Origin: Arcobacter sp.
GTDB taxonomy: Bacteria > Campylobacterota > Campylobacteria > Campylobacterales > Arcobacteraceae
Reading direction: 5' to 3'
DNA length: 17,687 bases
Assembly: GCA_965662175.1 (NCBI GenBank)
Contig: CBFIGT010000040.1
Location: 1-17,687 of the forward strand
The notes beneath the pieces were generated by a model. The model was not told where the DNA came from, ran no database searches, and saw only the letters and a program-made list of their open reading frames with translations. The stretch's first letter is position 1, and every line of letters begins with the position of its first letter. The translations under genes and the position numbers were made by a program. Positions 17,588-17,687 of the stretch are shown here, in pieces.

Positions 17588-17687
17588 TGAAAATTGCACT
17601 TTTAACTTCACCTACTCAGTGGTTTATACCTTATGCAGAAGTTTTAAGTAATAAAATTAGTAATGCAAAGTTGTTTTTTTCTCATGA
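17587..17687 (+). CDS. 5' end of the next gene in the locus, possibly a second formyltransferase (truncated by the window edge)
   Basis: TAATG coupling with the PIG-L gene. Frame open to the edge: MKIALLTSPTQWFIPYAEVLSNKISNAKLFFSH. The family guess rests only on this N-terminal strand-helix pattern. Confidence 0.5.
   Translation, partial: MKIALLTSPTQWFIPYAEVLSNKISNAKLFFSH

Overview
AT-rich chromosomal window from a Campylobacterota bacterium, most likely Arcobacteraceae (inferred from gene content, gene order and protein style). The left two-thirds is core genome: a small secreted EF-hand protein, a + strand run mqnD-murB-topA-metallophosphoesterase-bioB-cation:proton antiporter, and a converging - strand run of a 70-aa hypothetical, recA, eno, an FtsB/DivIC-like gene and an AMIN-domain gene. 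The right third begins a pseudaminic-acid-type glycan locus (pseB, pseC, pseF, pseG). Four things stand out. (1) A Schlafen/AlbA_2 + HATPase_c_4 + wHTH gene with a perfect 4x12-bp repeat sits between pseC and pseF and is translationally coupled to both. (2) pseG is followed not by pseH but by a formyltransferase, a PIG-L de-N-acetylase and a probable second formyltransferase, suggesting an N-formylated nonulosonic acid. (3) recA stops 22 codons early at a TAA within an apparent cluster of GA>TA changes, while its acidic tail continues in frame; this is either a sequencing artefact or a natural tail-less RecA. (4) TopA has zinc-free GRxGP repeats and a Lys/Ala-rich tail. No rRNA, tRNA, CRISPR array, transposase or integrase was recognised. 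All calls come from reading motifs by eye; no database searches were run.
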